Of a stretch of DNA of 64,000 bases, positions 63,142 to 64,000 are shown one piece after another; the first letter of the stretch is position 1; the number at the start of each line of letters is the position of its first letter. Origin of the DNA: Lama guanicoe (Eukaryota). Position numbers and translations under genes: made by a program. The notes beneath the pieces are model-generated. The model saw only the letters and a list, made by a program, of their open reading frames with translations. It searched no databases and was not told the DNA's origin. The DNA lies in NCBI GenBank assembly GCA_013239625.1, contig MU054323.1, positions 2,592,161 to 2,656,160 on the forward strand. The letters are read 5' to 3'.

Positions 63142-64000
63142 GAGAATCTGGAGTGGGTGATCGCTAAGATGACGACCTCTTGTCCTAAAATCCTTTGCTC
63201 TTCATTGTTTCTCAACTCAAAAGGCTCATCTGAAAGCACCAAAACTAAGGTGTGTTAGTTGAGAGGACATTATTCCCAGAGACACCCTCCTGCCTCCACC
63301 CGAGAGGCTCTGCCATCATCCCACCCAAGCACGGTGGAGATCTCAGAGGCTGAGCCGGCTTCCACCGAGCTTCGGCCCCTGGCATCTTACCAGAAGAGGG
63401 GTCAGGAGATGGGCATCCGAAACCTCTGATGCCCAGAGCCCCTGACAGGGAATGGAAGGAAGAAGTAAAACAGTTACAGAAGAATAGGGTGGATAACTGA
63501 AAGAGGATTATGCTATAATAACAATGAGGATTGGATTTCATAAAATCCTCGGTTCATAAGTTCATGGCTGGAAACAAGGTCCCCCTGCAGTAGTTAGTTT
63601 AGCAGGCTTGAAAAGCCGGCGTGACTTCCACCTCTCTGCTTTCTCCGCTCTGCGAAGAAGGCCTGGTGTGAGATCAGCCCAGCCGGACAACTGAGAACAC
63701 ACCACTTGGCCCGGTGATACAGAAAAGCAGCTGCCCACATGGTGTGACTTAGAAATGCCGCCGAAAGAGAGGAGGCAGAGGGTGCGCCCCATCCCGGGCG
63801 CCTGTGATAGAGGAAAGAAAGAGGGGAGACTAGTCAGATCCTGGGGAAAAAATAAAAACAAAATGAGCCTCGACAAAAAGAGGTCATAAGGGTGTTCCAG
63901 AGAACACCCCCCAACACACGTTTACAGTTTAGTGATTTCAGCATTTAATGATGTCAGAGGTTGCTTCACAGGTTACCTGGCAGAGGTGGAAAGCCTGCGA

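Overview
Mammalian nuclear DNA with no recognisable protein-coding gene, RNA gene, CRISPR array or prokaryotic system. Much of it is interspersed repeats: MIR, L2, old L1M, MaLR/ERVL solo LTRs and hAT/Tigger MITEs. Three young L1 3' ends resemble camelid (alpaca/camel-type) L1, and I saw no Alu, B1/B2, PRE-1, Bov-tA/BovB or CHR-2 SINEs, so a camelid source is my inference. The only ORFs with recognisable products are L1 ORF1p/ORF2p remnants. Most L1s and LTRs lie on the + strand, which would fit a long intron of a minus-strand transcript, but gene-desert DNA cannot be excluded. The best-supported observations are structural: an L1 lacking its RT domain, a microinversion in an old L1 bounded by inverted microhomology, an MLT2 LTR with a perfect 5-bp TSD nested in an MLT1 end, an L1 with a 19-bp TSD, and a tandem duplication copying a consensus splice donor. 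Candidate exons and enhancers are speculative. I found no convincing evidence of a new biological system. Subfamily names are from memory of consensus sequences, and repeat boundaries are approximate unless a TSD is given.
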